Below are positions 63,721-64,000 of a DNA stretch of 64,000 bases, piece by piece. Each line of letters begins with the position of its first letter. Position 1 is the stretch's first letter. Location: the NCBI GenBank assembly GCA_950097015.1, contig CATNEN010000003.1:1-64000 (forward strand), read 5' to 3'. The notes beneath the pieces were generated by a model. It ran no database searches and had not been told where the DNA came from. It saw nothing but the letters and a program-made list of their open reading frames with translations. A program made the translations under genes and the position numbers. The stretch comes from Macrostomum hystrix (taxonomy: Eukaryota; Animalia; Platyhelminthes).

Positions 63721-64000
63721 TCGATCTCTAGCTCGAAATGTTTTGCGATCGTCGGTGAGGTTCGGGACATAAGGAAGTCACGCTGGCATATATAAGGTTA
63801 TTTTTCTCGGGTACAGAGCACTTACCTTTTTGCGAAGTCGAACCAACTAACCTTGCACTTCCTAGCACAACTCGTCGACGCGCTATAATGCGAACAACAT
63901 ATTTGTCTGTCTTTAAAGTTTTAGATATATACAAAATTCTGATCTATATTTCACTTATAACCGCAGATATTAGAGAAATTTTTTTAAATTTCCTATAAAG

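Overview
Eukaryotic (metazoan-type) genomic DNA, not prokaryotic. Bases 1-~47,666 are the end of a head-to-tail satellite array: 81 copies of a ~590-bp monomer, with a 575-bp variant class and higher-order blocks. The monomer is itself a dimer of ~290/300-bp halves. All short ORFs in the array are repeat noise. Next comes a transition zone with Helitron-like ends and a Mutator-like foldback MITE (9-bp TSD). It also holds a diverged relic of the same satellite, split by a P-superfamily (THAP) transposon whose two 27-bp termini now lie in direct orientation and whose 8-bp target duplication is inverted, which records a local inversion. The element keeps an open, spliced 302-aa THAP/coiled-coil/HTH reading frame truncated just before the catalytic domain. 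Further right are an RTE-like LINE fragment and exon 1 of CHMP5 (missed by the ORF track), only ~10 kb from the array. The first CHMP5 intron contains three MITEs, an (AT)n tract and a decayed Gypsy element. All alignments were done by eye, so family assignments and functional ideas need computational checks.
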